Assembly: GCA_963726345.1 (NCBI GenBank)
Contig: CAVSCC010000011.1
Coordinates: forward strand, 55,605-119,604
DNA from: an uncultured Coriobacteriia bacterium
GTDB taxonomy: Bacteria; Actinomycetota; Coriobacteriia; Anaerosomatales; JAAXUF01
Length of the DNA: 64,000 nucleotides
Direction of reading: 5' to 3'
The notes beneath the pieces are model-generated. The model worked only from the letters and a program-made list of their open reading frames with translations. It did not search any database and was not told the origin of the DNA. Both the position numbers and the translations under genes were made by a program. Each line of letters opens with the position of its first letter. Within the stretch, counting starts at the first letter, position 1. Shown in pieces: positions 1 to 13,669 of the stretch.

Positions 1-121
1 AGCCGAGGTCCTCGAACGTGTGGATCGCTTCGCTGCGACCCGCACCCGACATGCCCGTGATGACGACGAGTTCCGGGCGCTCCTCGGCAAGTGTGTCCCG
101 ATTCGAGACGTCGTCGATCAT
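1..121 (-). CDS. rapZ: RapZ/YvcJ-type nucleotide-binding protein, N-terminal 40 codons only (gene continues beyond the window start)
   Basis: Manual reverse translation from ATG at 121: MIDDVSNRDTLAEERPELVVITGMSGAGRSEAIHTFEDLG, which contains a P-loop GMSGAGRS. GAGGGGGA RBS lies just upstream. Position downstream of uvrC is typical for actinobacteria. Confidence 0.7.
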   Translation of the reverse strand, partial: MIDDVSNRDTLAEERPELVVITGMSGAGRSEAIHTFEDLG

Positions 122-227
122 CGAATCCCCCTCGTCGCTGTCGTGCGGTGGCGACAAGTATAGCGGCTCGGCTGCGCACGCGGGACCGTGGGGTACGTTC
201 AGCGCGGGTGTCCAAGACCGGGAGACC

Positions 228-1264
228 CTAGTTGCGCACCTTCGTCGTGATGGGCGTGCTGTGCCGCGCGAGTTCTGAAAGCGTGACGAGCTCGAAACCC
301 TGTCGCTTCAGCTCGGCACAGATCCTGGGGAGGGCCTTCATGCTCTCCGGTTTGGTCACGTGAAGTAGAACGACGTCGCCCGACTTGATGCCCTCGGTGC
401 ACTGGCGGTAGATGTAGTCGGGTGTGCGGGGTCCGCCATGGCTGTCGTTGGAGTCCACAGTCCAGTTGATGACCAGGTGACCCGTGTCGTTCGCGGCCCT
501 GATGCCCGTGGCATCGATGTTCCCACCCATCGGACGAAGCCAGAGCGTGTTGTGCCCTATGAGCGGCTCGACCAGCTTGTCAGGCCCTGTCGCCTGTGCA
601 ACATCGAATGCGTAGGGACGGCGCCACATGGCGGAGATGTCGTCGATAGCGTGCGTCATCGTGTGGTTCGCGACCTCCGAACCGGCCTCTTCGACCAGCA
701 CGGCGTGCTTGGCCGGCCCTTGCGCTTCAGGAGCGTGCCTGAGAAGAAGAACGTTCCGCGAGCGCCATTCTCGGCGAGGATCTTGAGCACGTTCGACGTC
801 TGATAGTTCGGCCCGTCATCGAACGTGAGCGCCACCGCCTTGTAGCCGGCTCGGGCTTGAAGCCGAGCGTGAGCTTGCCTCGATACCGCTCCTGCCACGT
901 CGAGTCAGCTGCGGCCGCGTCATCTGGGGTGGTCGGCTGCGGACGGGCTGCCACCGGAGGCGCGGGCGTCTTGGCCGATGCCGACGCGGACTCCGTCGCG
1001 ACCCGTGCCGCGCTTGTGCGCGGTTCGATCGGCGCAGGTCCTTGCGTCGCGTCCGCGCGCCCACGAGATCCCCACGGGCACCGCCACGGCAAGCGCGACC
1101 ACGAGCACGGTCACGACGACGAAGGGTGCGACCGAGGACCTGCGGCGGCCCCGGCGATACGAGATCTGCCCGGGCTCCGGCGCGATACAGCGCCGCTCCG
1201 CTCGCCCAGGGACGTCCGTGCGGCGGGGGCGACTACTCTGGTTGCGCGGCTTGTGCTCCATCAT
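228..1264 (-). pseudogene. Membrane-anchored polysaccharide deacetylase (NodB domain), reading frame broken about 3 times
   Basis: Four ORF pieces in different frames: 920..1309 (MMEHKPRN..., TM helix VAPFVVVTVLVVALAVAVPVG), 727..1092 (P/A linker), 656..898 (YKAVALTFDDGPNYQTSNVLKILAENGARGTFFF), 228..701 (HTMTH..., LLHV...). AGGAGG sits before the ATG at 1264/1261. Confidence 0.75.
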
Positions 1265-1324
1265 CCTCCTGCAGACAACTATACCGTGCGCCAGCGAATC
1301 GCCCGCCAACGCCGGTGTCGCGCG

Positions 1325-3233
1325 CTAGTCGGACACCGACTCCGGCTCCGGCGGCGTCGGTGCCTCGGCGTGAGACTTCAACTCCGAGGCGATCTTCTCG
1401 GCGGTCTCACGCGGGATCCCGGGAATCTCAGCGATCTCGTCGGCCGATGCTGCCCGCAGTCGCTTGAGCGACCCGAAAGCCTTCAGCAACGCCTTCTTGC
1501 GCTTGGGGCCGACACCCTCGATCTCGTCCAGCGCGCTGGCCGTCATGGCCTTGCCGCGCAGTTCCCTGTGGTAGGTGATGGCGAACCGATGAGCTTCGTC
1601 GCGCACGCGTTTGACGAGGTAGAGCGATGGCGCGCCCGCCGGGAGCACCACAGGTTCGGCGCTCCATCCGACGAACAGCTCCTCCTCCCGCTTCGCGAGT
1701 CCTACCAGGGGGATATCCGCGACGCCCAGCTCCGCAAGCACGGCCTGGGCTGCCGAGAGCTGGGGCTTGCCTCCGTCCACGATCACCAGGTCGGGGCGCT
1801 TGCCGAACCGACCGTCGGCAAGGCGCTCGGGAGCAAACCGTCGACGCAGGACCTCGCTCATCATCGCCACGTCGTTGGCTTCACCGGAGTCGAGCCTCAC
1901 CTTGAAGCGGCGATAGCTCTTGGTGTCTGCGCGGCCGTTGGTGAAGACGACCATCGAGCCCACGGACTGCTTGCCGTGCAGCGTCGAGATGTCATAGCAC
2001 TCGATGCGCAACGGCGGAGCAGGGAGCGCAAGGGCGCTCTCCAGCTGCAGGAGGGCGGCGTTGAGCCGCTCCTCGTCGTAGCGCGTCCGCACCTTGAAGC
2101 GCATCAGGGTATGGCGGGCGTTGTCCTCGGCGAGAGTGAGCAGGCCGCGTCGCTCGGCACGCTGTGGAACCGTGAGTCGCACGCGCGCGGAGCGTTCGGG
2201 ACGCAGCGAGGTCAGCCACTCTTCGATCGTCTCGGCGTCCTCCGGCAGCGCTGGCAGCACGATCTCACGCGGGATCTGCGGGCCGTCGGCGTAGTAGCGG
2301 AGCAGGAACCCGTCGACGAGCTCGGGCAGCGAGACGTCGAGGCCCTTGTCGAGCACGAACTCGTTGCCGTAGAGGACGCGACCCTCGCGCACGACGAACA
2401 GGTGCACGCCGGCGACGGTCTCCTCGCGGAAGAATCCGACGACATCCATGTCGAGCGGACGTGCCGAGACGACCTTCTGACGGCCGCGTATCGCCTCGAC
2501 CGCTTCAAGCCGGTTGCGGTAGCGCGCAGCGCTCTCGAAGTCGAGGTCCGCGGCCGCTTCGCGCATGCGCGCGGAGAGCTCGACTTCGAGGTCGTCGTGC
2601 TTGCCGGCGAGGAATCCCTCGATGCGGCGGACGTTCTCGGCGTACTCCTCACGTGGTGCACGCGTTGATGCACGGCCCCGGGCCGAGGCCGACGTGCGAG
2701 TCGAAGCAGGCGCGACCGCGCCCGACGCCGTCATGGTCGTTGACCCACTTCCACTCGTTACACGTGGCCCGGCAGATCGGAACGATTCGGCGCACCGTGT
2801 CAACCGTGTCGCGTGCGGCACGCGAGTCGGTGTAGGGACCGAAGTAGCGGGTGCCGGCCTTGTGCTTCTCTCGCGTGAACTTGATGGCCGGAAACGGGTC
2901 GCTGAGGGTGAGCGCGATGAAGGGATACGACTTGTCGTCACGGTAGTCGACGTTGTACGGCGGCTTGAACTGGCGGATCAGGTTCTTCTCCAGCACGAGC
3001 GACTCGACCTCGGTGGCGGTCACCACGTAGTCGAAGCTCGCCACCTGCTCCATCATCAGGGGGATCTTCTCGCGCTCGTCCTGGCCGCTCGTGTACTGGC
3101 GCATGCGCTTGCGAAGCGACTTCGCCTTGCCGACATAGAGCACCGAGCCGCTGTCCGACTTCCACAGGTAGACGCCGGGCGCGTCGGGAACCGACGACAC
3201 CTGCTCGGCGATCGATGGGTTCTCGGGACGCAT
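1325..3233 (-). pseudogene. uvrC: Excinuclease ABC subunit C, single frameshift near 2652
   Basis: N-terminal GIY-YIG part (GVYLWKSDSGSVLYVGKAKSLRKRMRQY) is in ORF 2649..3656, starting at ATG 3233. The remainder (REEYAENVRRIEGFLAGKHDD..., UVR and HhH domains) is in ORF 1325..2941. At nucleotide level, GPCINACTT-TGA continues as REEYAEN after a 1-nt shift. Confidence 0.9.
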
Positions 3234-3237
3234 GGCG

Positions 3238-6165
<2,928 letters not shown>

Positions 6166-6289
6166 TGCGGATCCTCTCACGAGTGTGGTTTCGGTCGAAA
6201 CTCCATTGTACGCCCGGGGGCAAGAGCGGACCGCTGTTGCCCATTCGTTTCGGCGAGACGGCAAGGTTTCACCACTCCGACCCACCCTC

Positions 6290-6305
6290 GAAACACCCCT
6301 GAAAC
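6290..6305 (+). promoter_or_regulatory. GAAAC-N6-GAAAC direct repeat, candidate GlnR-type box upstream of amt
   Basis: The sequence reads GAAACaccccTGAAAC about 88 nt upstream of the amt ATG. The same repeat architecture recurs upstream of glnA (26673), the hdr-glt operon (31901) and the second glnA (33654). Confidence 0.4.
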
Positions 6306-6392
6306 ACGCGCACCGTAGCGTGCTCAGTCACAAGTGGGTTCTGTCACCCGAACAACCCTCGGCGGACGCCGACTCGAACCAGACGAGGAGAG

Positions 6393-7637
6393 ATGACGAT
6401 GCAGGGTCTCAACAGCGGCGATACAGCGTGGATGCTGGCCTCGGCGGCGATGGTGCTCTTCATGACGCCGGGGCTTGCAGCGTTCTACAGCGGGATGGTC
6501 CGACGCAAGAACGTCCTCTCGACGACGATGCACAGCTACTTCGCAATGGGCTCAGTGACGATCGTCTGGTTGCTCTTCGGCTATTCGCTCGCGTTCAGCG
6601 ACGGCAGCGGCGTTCTCGCCCCGTTCATCGGCGGCTTCAACTACCTCGGACTGAACGGCATCTCCGATCAGCTCGCCCCTCTCGCGCCGACGATCCCGCA
6701 TACCGTCTACGCGATGTATCAGGGCATGTTCGCGATCATCACGGTCGGTCTCATCACGGGAGCCGTCGCCGAGCGCATGAAGTTCAAGGCGTACGTCATG
6801 TTCACGGTGCTGTGGGCGATCTTCGTGTACAGCCCGCTCGCCCACTGGGTGTGGCAGCCGGAAGGATGGCTGTTCAAGCTCGGCGCGCTGGACTTCGCGG
6901 GCGGCACTGTCGTGCACATCTCCTCCGCGGCGGCCGCGCTCGCGGCGGCCCTCTTCCTCGGCAAGCGCAAGGGGCTTGGGACAGACGCGATCCACCCGCA
7001 CAACCTGCCGATGACCGTTCTCGGCGCGGGGATCCTGTGGTTCGGTTGGTTCGGCTTCAACGCCGGTTCCGCGCTGGCCGCCAACGGGCTGGCTGGCTCG
7101 GCGTTCCTCAACACGCATGTCGCGGCCGCGGCGGCGCTGATCCTGTGGGTAATCGCTGAGACCTTCCACGCAGGCAAGCCGACGGTCCTCGGCGCGGCTT
7201 CCGGCGCCGTCGCTGGCCTCGTCGCGGTCACTCCGGCCGCCGGCTACATCGAGCCCTGGGCTGCGGTTCTCATCGGCGGCATCGCGGGCGTCCTCTGCTA
7301 CTTCGCGCTCGGGCTCAAGACGAAGTTCGGCTTCGATGACGCACTCGACGTGGTAGGCATCCACGGCGTGGGCGGTACGACCGGTGCGATCCTGACAGGC
7401 GTGTTCGCGACCGTCGCCATCAACTCCGCCGGCCGTGATGGCCTGCTCTACGGCGCTCCGCAGCAGGTACTCATCCAGCTCGTTGGGGTAGTGGCCGCCT
7501 GGGTATTCTCATTCGGAGTGAGCGTCGCCATCCTCAAGCTCACGGACGTGATGGTCGGCCTGCGCGTGGATGAAGAGACCGAGTCACGCGGGCTCGACAT
7601 CGCGGAGCACTCCGAGGAAGGCTACATCCTCGACTGA
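6393..7637 (+). CDS. amt: Ammonium transporter (Amt family)
   Basis: 414-aa polytopic protein with typical Amt motifs: DTAWMLASAAMVLFMTPGLAAFYSGMVR and FAGGTVVHISSAAAAL. GAGGAG RBS is present. Confidence 0.95.
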   Translation: MTMQGLNSGDTAWMLASAAMVLFMTPGLAAFYSGMVRRKNVLSTTMHSYFAMGSVTIVWLLFGYSLAFSDGSGVLAPFIGGFNYLGLNGISDQLAPLAPTIPHTVYAMYQGMFAIITVGLITGAVAERMKFKAYVMFTVLWAIFVYSPLAHWVWQPEGWLFKLGALDFAGGTVVHISSAAAALAAALFLGKRKGLGTDAIHPHNLPMTVLGAGILWFGWFGFNAGSALAANGLAGSAFLNTHVAAAAALILWVIAETFHAGKPTVLGAASGAVAGLVAVTPAAGYIEPWAAVLIGGIAGVLCYFALGLKTKFGFDDALDVVGIHGVGGTTGAILTGVFATVAINSAGRDGLLYGAPQQVLIQLVGVVAAWVFSFGVSVAILKLTDVMVGLRVDEETESRGLDIAEHSEEGYILD

Positions 7638-7710
7638 CCCGCAGTCTCGCGCCCTGACCGGGACACCGTCCGGGTGCGGCACACACCGAGTACACGACCG
7701 AGACACATGA

Positions 7711-8076
<366 letters not shown>

Positions 8077-8080
8077 ACCC

Positions 8081-10336
8081 ATGGAATCCTATCGCGCGGA
8101 GCGACAGCGCCTACTGAGCTCCGCCGAGCCGGGACCAGACGCAGCGCGCCGTCTATCCGAACTCACCGACGACGTCGTCCGGAGACTCTCCCGGGCGGCG
8201 TCGTCGCGCCTTCAGGGTCGTTGGGGGCTCGCCGCGCTCGGGGGCTGGGGCGCTGGCGCGCTGCTGCCCTCAAGCGACCTGGACCTACTCGTGCTGTCCG
8301 ACGAATCGGCTGCCGCGCTGAAGCCCTTCGTGGAGGCGGTGCTGTACCCGTTGTGGGACGCCGGCCTCACCGTCGGACATCAGGTTCGGTCGAGGCGCGA
8401 ACAGCTGCGTGCGACCCGCGACGATCTCATGACCTGCACCGCATCGCTGACCGCCCGCCCACTGGCGGGCGATGTGCGCTGGGTCGAAGAGCTCCTCTCC
8501 GAGTGCGCGGCCGACACGCACAAGCGGTCGCGCCGGCAACTTCCGGCGCTCCGCGAGCGGGTGCGCCCGGGCTCACCGTACGAGCTGGAGCCGGACCTGA
8601 AGGAGGGCGCCGGCGGACGCCGGGACTTCGACGAGCTTGTCTGGACCGCGGCCATCGTCTCCGGAAGCGTCACCCGGTCGCCGTGCGGCCTCGTCGCTGC
8701 CGGCCTTGCAACGCAGTCCGAGGTCGATTCGGCCCTTCGAGCCGCCGCGACCGTGTCCGCGGCGCGCTGGGAGCTGGGCATCGCGGGTCTCGGACAGCGG
8801 ATGACACTCGATGCCGCGCAGTCGCTGCGCAGCGTCGACCCCACGGACGTGCAGCGCGCGCTCGCCGAGACCGCGCTGGTCCTCGCACGCGTAAGGCAGC
8901 GCGCCGCCGGAAGGCCACGCCCGGACGAGGGCCCGCTGACCGCGTCCGCGCTGTTCGCCCTGCTCGACGAGGGCTCGTCGGCGATGGCGGAGCTCGAGGA
9001 GGCCGCGCAGGCAGGGCGGATGGATCTCCTGTCGCCGGGGTTCCGCGAACTCATGACGCTCAGACGTCCCGGACTCGGACACCGGCTCACCGTCGGCGCC
9101 CACTCGCTACAGGCCGCCGCATCACTTGCGGAGCGGCCCGCCGAGGCCGCACTGGCCAGCTCATACGCTTCGGTCGGCGACCTCCGAGTCGTGCAGGCGG
9201 CCGCACTCGCGCATGATGTGGGCAAGACACAGCCCGGTCCCGGCCACGCGGCTCGTGGAGCTGAACCTGCGGAGGCGCTGGCCTCGCGGATGGGCCTTGG
9301 AGCCGATGCCGCGCACGACGCAGGCGAGATCGTGCGCCTCCACCTCGAGCTCATCGAGACCGCGACACGGATTGACGCGGACGACGAGGACGCGGTCCTC
9401 GCAGCAGCAGCCCGTATCGGCAGACGCGAGCTGCTCGCACCCCTTCACCTGCTGACCGCGGCGGATTCACGCGCGACCGGACCGTCATCCTGGACCCCCT
9501 GGACCGCCGCACTCGTCGGAACACTGGTATCCCGGCTCGATGCGGCGCTCTCCCCCGAGGTGGATGGTGCCGGGATCGCCTCGCGTGGTGAGACCGTCCG
9601 CGCTGAGTCGCTCGCGATGATGTCCTCTGCCGGCACCACGGCGCATGAGCGGGAGTTCGTCGAGCACGCGACGCTGCGCTACCTGGCGGGCCGAACGCCC
9701 GACCAAGTCGTGCGCCACGCGCGGCTCGTGAGCGAACTCGAGCACGGCGCTTCGGCGGAGGACGCTCGTGTCGCTGTAAGTCCCGGGGCTGCTGCCGGGA
9801 CCTGGTCGGTCACCGTCGCAGCCGTCGACCGGCCGGAGCTGCTCGCCCGCATCGCCGGGGCGATGGCGCTCTCGGGACTCGACATACTGGCGCTCGACGC
9901 ATACGGATCGCCGGGGCACATCGCACTCGACACCTTCACGGTGGCCTCTGCCACGCTGCGGCCCGTGGCGACCGAGGACTTCACGGTGCTCGAACGACTG
10001 CTGCGCGCCGCCCTGCGTGACCGCCTTGAGCTGCAGACCCGACTGGCGGAGCGCCGTTCACACTACCCCGAGCGGAGGCACGGACCCGTCACCGCCGAGA
10101 TCCTGTCGGCCGGGTGGGACACCGCCGTTCGGGTGACCGCTCCTGACCGACCCGGCCTCCTGCACGACCTCGCCCGCGCGGTCTCCTCGGCGGGGCTCGA
10201 CATCCGCTGGGCGAAGGTCGTGACCGTCGAGGGCATGGCTGCCGACACCTTCCACGTGGTCGGGCCTGACGGGGGTCCCATCGATGACCCCGGAGTGCTC
10301 GGTCACCTCGCGATGCGCCTGCGCGAAGTGCACTGA
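8081..10336 (+). CDS. glnD: [Protein-PII] uridylyl/adenylyl-transferase
   Basis: ATG 8081 (MESYRAERQRLL) lies 5 nt after the glnK stop. It has a nucleotidyltransferase N-terminus (GGWGAGALLPSSDLDLLVL), an HD region (AALAHDVGK) and two C-terminal ACT-like repeats. amt-glnK-glnD order is canonical in actinobacteria. Confidence 0.85.
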   Translation: MESYRAERQRLLSSAEPGPDAARRLSELTDDVVRRLSRAASSRLQGRWGLAALGGWGAGALLPSSDLDLLVLSDESAAALKPFVEAVLYPLWDAGLTVGHQVRSRREQLRATRDDLMTCTASLTARPLAGDVRWVEELLSECAADTHKRSRRQLPALRERVRPGSPYELEPDLKEGAGGRRDFDELVWTAAIVSGSVTRSPCGLVAAGLATQSEVDSALRAAATVSAARWELGIAGLGQRMTLDAAQSLRSVDPTDVQRALAETALVLARVRQRAAGRPRPDEGPLTASALFALLDEGSSAMAELEEAAQAGRMDLLSPGFRELMTLRRPGLGHRLTVGAHSLQAAASLAERPAEAALASSYASVGDLRVVQAAALAHDVGKTQPGPGHAARGAEPAEALASRMGLGADAAHDAGEIVRLHLELIETATRIDADDEDAVLAAAARIGRRELLAPLHLLTAADSRATGPSSWTPWTAALVGTLVSRLDAALSPEVDGAGIASRGETVRAESLAMMSSAGTTAHEREFVEHATLRYLAGRTPDQVVRHARLVSELEHGASAEDARVAVSPGAAAGTWSVTVAAVDRPELLARIAGAMALSGLDILALDAYGSPGHIALDTFTVASATLRPVATEDFTVLERLLRAALRDRLELQTRLAERRSHYPERRHGPVTAEILSAGWDTAVRVTAPDRPGLLHDLARAVSSAGLDIRWAKVVTVEGMAADTFHVVGPDGGPIDDPGVLGHLAMRLREVH

Positions 10337-10387
10337 TGCGGGTACGATGCTGACAGGCACGCCCCTCACGTCCGCAAGGAGCCACGC

Positions 10388-10948
10388 ATGAGCATCTACA
10401 CCCGCCGAGGCGACTCCGGGGAGACGTCACTTGCCAACGGATCGCGGGTCGGCAAGGACTCTCCGCGCGTGGAGGCATACGGCGCGCTCGACGAGGCGGG
10501 GTGCGCGGTGGGGCTCGCCCGCGTCGCCGCGCGCGACCCGTACGTCGGCGATCTCCTGCGCTTCATCCAGCACCGGCTGATGAACTGCGCGGCACTGACC
10601 GCCCGTCCGCTGAGCGACGGACCCTCAGACCGGGTCGCTGTGACGCTGGAGGATGTCGCCGCCCTCGAGCGCGCTATCGACCACCTCGTGGATGCGGCCG
10701 AACCGTGGTCGGGCTTCGTGCTCGACGGAGGAAGCGAGGCCGCCTCGAGAGCGCATCTCGCGCGCGCGATCACCCGCCGAGCGGAGCGTCGCCTGGTCAC
10801 GCAATCGTCCCACGAGCCCATCGATCCGATGGTGCTGGCGTTCGTGAACCGGGCCTCCGATGCGCTGTACGCCGCTGCCCGGGCCGAGAACCTAGCGGCC
10901 AGCTGCGACGAGGAACCGTGGGATCCCACGGTCTCCCCTGACTTCTAG
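10388..10948 (+). CDS. ATP:cob(I)alamin adenosyltransferase, PduO type
   Basis: 186 aa beginning MSIYTRRGDSGETSLANGSRVGKDSPRVEAYGALDE, the signature N-terminus of the PduO/MMAB family. Confidence 0.85.
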   Translation: MSIYTRRGDSGETSLANGSRVGKDSPRVEAYGALDEAGCAVGLARVAARDPYVGDLLRFIQHRLMNCAALTARPLSDGPSDRVAVTLEDVAALERAIDHLVDAAEPWSGFVLDGGSEAASRAHLARAITRRAERRLVTQSSHEPIDPMVLAFVNRASDALYAAARAENLAASCDEEPWDPTVSPDF

Positions 10949-11053
10949 CGCCCAAGCCGGGTCATCGACGCGCACGAATGCCGAGGGATCGATCGGCCGC
11001 GAATCCAGTCCGCGCGCTATACTCGACACTCGCCTTGGAGGGGGTACGCCGCT

Positions 11054-11881
11054 TTGTCATCTGCCGAGAAGTACGACGCCCTGCTGTCCAACCTCAGCGA
11101 ACTCGAGAGCGTGCTGGTCGCCTACTCTGGTGGCGTCGATTCCACGCTGCTCGCCTTCGCGGCGCATGCGGTGCTCGGCGAACGCTGCTCTGCGGTCCTG
11201 GCGACCTCCGACACCTATCCGGAGCACGAGGCGGTCGGCGCGCGGATCCTCGCCGACAAGCTCGGCTTTCGTCTGATGGAGGTCGAGACCTGCGAACTCG
11301 CTGACCCGAACTTCACGGCGAACTCTTCGGATCGCTGCTACCACTGCAAGAGTGAACTCTTCGGTCTCCTTCGGCGCGTCGCCGACGCGAACGGGTACGC
11401 ACACGTAGCCGACGGAAGTAACGTCGACGACCTGTCGGACCACCGTCCGGGCCGCAGGGCGGCATCGGAACTCTCGGTCGTGAGTCCCCTCGCGGATGTG
11501 GGACTGACCAAGGCTGAGATTCGCGAACTCGCGCAAGAGCTCGGCCTCCCCAACTGGGACAAGCCCTCGATGGCCTGCTTCGCATCGCGGTTCCCCTATG
11601 GCGAACGCATCACGGACGAGGGACTGGCCCGCGTCTCCGCCGCCGAGCAGTCACTGCGCGACCTCGGCCTCTCACAGTTCCGCGTCCGCTCGCACGGCAC
11701 GGTCGCTCGCATCGAGATTGCGCCTGAAGAGATGCCGACTGCGTGGGGGTTGCGCGAGCAGATCGCCTCTGAGGTCCGGCGAGCAGGGTTCGCGTACGCG
11801 GCCATCGATCTCGACGGCTACCGGACCGGGTCGATGAACGAGGTGCTTCCCGCGCAGGTCCTCGAAGGTGACATCGCCTGA
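11054..11881 (+). CDS. larE: LarE-family PP-loop ATP-dependent sulfur transferase
   Basis: 275 aa with TTG start, PP-loop SGGVDS, CYHCK and MACFASRF Cys motifs, and a C-terminal RVRSHGTVARIE segment, all typical of LarE/TIGR00268. Confidence 0.8.
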   Translation: MSSAEKYDALLSNLSELESVLVAYSGGVDSTLLAFAAHAVLGERCSAVLATSDTYPEHEAVGARILADKLGFRLMEVETCELADPNFTANSSDRCYHCKSELFGLLRRVADANGYAHVADGSNVDDLSDHRPGRRAASELSVVSPLADVGLTKAEIRELAQELGLPNWDKPSMACFASRFPYGERITDEGLARVSAAEQSLRDLGLSQFRVRSHGTVARIEIAPEEMPTAWGLREQIASEVRRAGFAYAAIDLDGYRTGSMNEVLPAQVLEGDIA

Positions 11882-11914
11882 CGCGACGCTCCAGCCCGGC
11901 TTGGCGAGTCGTCG

Positions 11915-13272
11915 CTACGACGAGAGCTCGCGCAGTGCGGCGCTGATCGCGGCGGGCAGTCGCTCGGCGAGCCGCTCGGGACGAAGCATCTGCTGCGCGA
12001 TCAAGCCTGTGGCGAACGGCCGCGCGGCCTCGGTGATGTCGATGTCGGGATAGATCGCGCGTGCGACACCTTCCACGGTCACGAGCGCCTTGATGAGCAG
12101 CCCATAGCCGACCGGGATCGCCACCTTCACGTCGTTCATGATGCCGAGAAACCCCGTCGCGAAGCCCTTGACGTCGCGCGGAGTAGACCCGAGGGTCGTG
12201 AGCATGAGCTTCGCGACCCGCGCGCGGACCTCCTCGGCCTTCTCCGGAGGCACGATCAGGCCGAGGTCGGCCGAGTACTTGAGCGCACGAGCAGCGTCGC
12301 CATATACCGTCGCCGCCAGGACCTGCGCGATCGCCTCGCGCTGTGCCGGCGCGGTCCTACCGACGATGCCGAAGTCGAGGTAGCAGATCCGGCCGTCCGG
12401 TGTCACGAAGACGTTGGCCGGATGCAAGTCCGCGTGATAGCGGCCGAGCACCATCACCCCTCGCATGAACACGTTTGCCCCGTGCACCGCGAGTGCGCGC
12501 CCGTCGATCCCCTTGCGGGCAGCGTCGTCGATGTCTGACAGCCGCCACCCCTCCACGAACTCCATCGCCATCACACGCTTGGAGGTGAGCGGCCACACGA
12601 CGCGGGGAACCATCACCAGGTCGTCGTCGCGAAAGTCGAAGGCGAACCGATCGGCCATGCGCGCCTCGTTGCGGAGGTCGCACTCGCTCGAGAGCGACGC
12701 CGAGAACTCCTCGAGCAGCGCGGGCAGGTTGAATCGCTGCACGGCACCGAACTTCGCAATCGTCTCGATCACCGGCTTCGCGGCCTGAACGTCCCGGAGA
12801 ATCGACTCCTCGACCCCTGGGCGCACGACCTTGATCGCAAGCTGAGTGCCGGCGGGCAGCAGCTCCCCCACGATCGGCCGGTACTGCCTCGGCAAGCACC
12901 GCCCGGTGGACCTGTGCGATCGACGCCGACGCAACAGGCTCGTCATCGAAGGACGCGAAGAGCTTCTCGGCGGGACGACCGAACTCGCTCTCGATGATCC
13001 GCCGGATGGCTGCGGCAGGCAGAGGCGCCACGCTGTCCTGGAGCCCGCCCAGCTCGAACACCCACTCGGCGGGAAAGAGGTCGGGACGCACCGAGATCAT
13101 CTGGCCGAGTTTGATCCAAGCGGGGCCCAGCTCCTCGAACCCCTGTCGGAGCTGCCTGCGCCGAGACCGTGCGCCCGATGTGTCTCGGCGCGAGTCCGAA
13201 GTACGAGCCGAGCACCGCGGCGGAGCCGCGTCTGGCAGCGACGCCGGCAATCTGCCAACCTCGCGATGCCAT
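11915..13272 (-). pseudogene. ABC1/UbiB-family atypical kinase, about 2 frameshifts
   Basis: Three frames contribute: 12943..13272 (MASRGWQIAGVAAR...), 12357..13250 (FEELGPAWIKLGQMISVRPDLFP...ASIAQVH) and 11915..12946 (AIKVVRPGVEE..., HADLHPANVFV, DFG). Confidence 0.8.
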
Positions 13273-13276
13273 GCCG

Positions 13277-13651
13277 CTACTCCTTGCCGGCAGGTCCGGC
13301 GGAGGACGCGTCTTTCGTGCGCTCGAGAATCGCGTCGAGGCTGGCCTGCATCGACTCGAAGCGCCCCCTGAGTTCAGCGACCTCGAAGCGCAGTTCGTCG
13401 AGGTGCTCGCTCACGCCGAGTCGCGCGCTCTCGTCGCCCTCGGTTCCCGCCGCGAGCTCGGCCTTGAGTTGCTCCTTGCGCTCGGCGATGATCGCCGACA
13501 GCCCGTCCACGAAGGCCTCCGAACCCGAGTCCATGTCGCCGGGCTCCTGCGCGTTGCCGCGCGCGACCGCGGACTTCCACCCCTCGTCGGCGGTCTCGTG
13601 TACGAGCGCCCAGCTCGCGAGAAACCGCATGAAGTCCGCGTTGTCAGCCAC
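13277..13651 (-). CDS. Hypothetical acidic coiled-coil protein (124 aa)
   Basis: Intact ORF with GTG start and GGAGAGGGG RBS. It is 4 nt upstream of the UbiB-like gene. I recognise no family. Confidence 0.5.
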   Translation of the reverse strand: MADNADFMRFLASWALVHETADEGWKSAVARGNAQEPGDMDSGSEAFVDGLSAIIAERKEQLKAELAAGTEGDESARLGVSEHLDELRFEVAELRGRFESMQASLDAILERTKDASSAGPAGKE

Positions 13652-13669
13652 GTCAGTCCCCTCTCCGTC

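Noticed and set aside
857-2668. 603-aa plus-strand ORF
   Set aside because: It is antisense to uvrC and the deacetylase, has Arg/Ala/Gly-rich composition and carries no recognisable motifs. This is the typical long shadow ORF of high-GC DNA.
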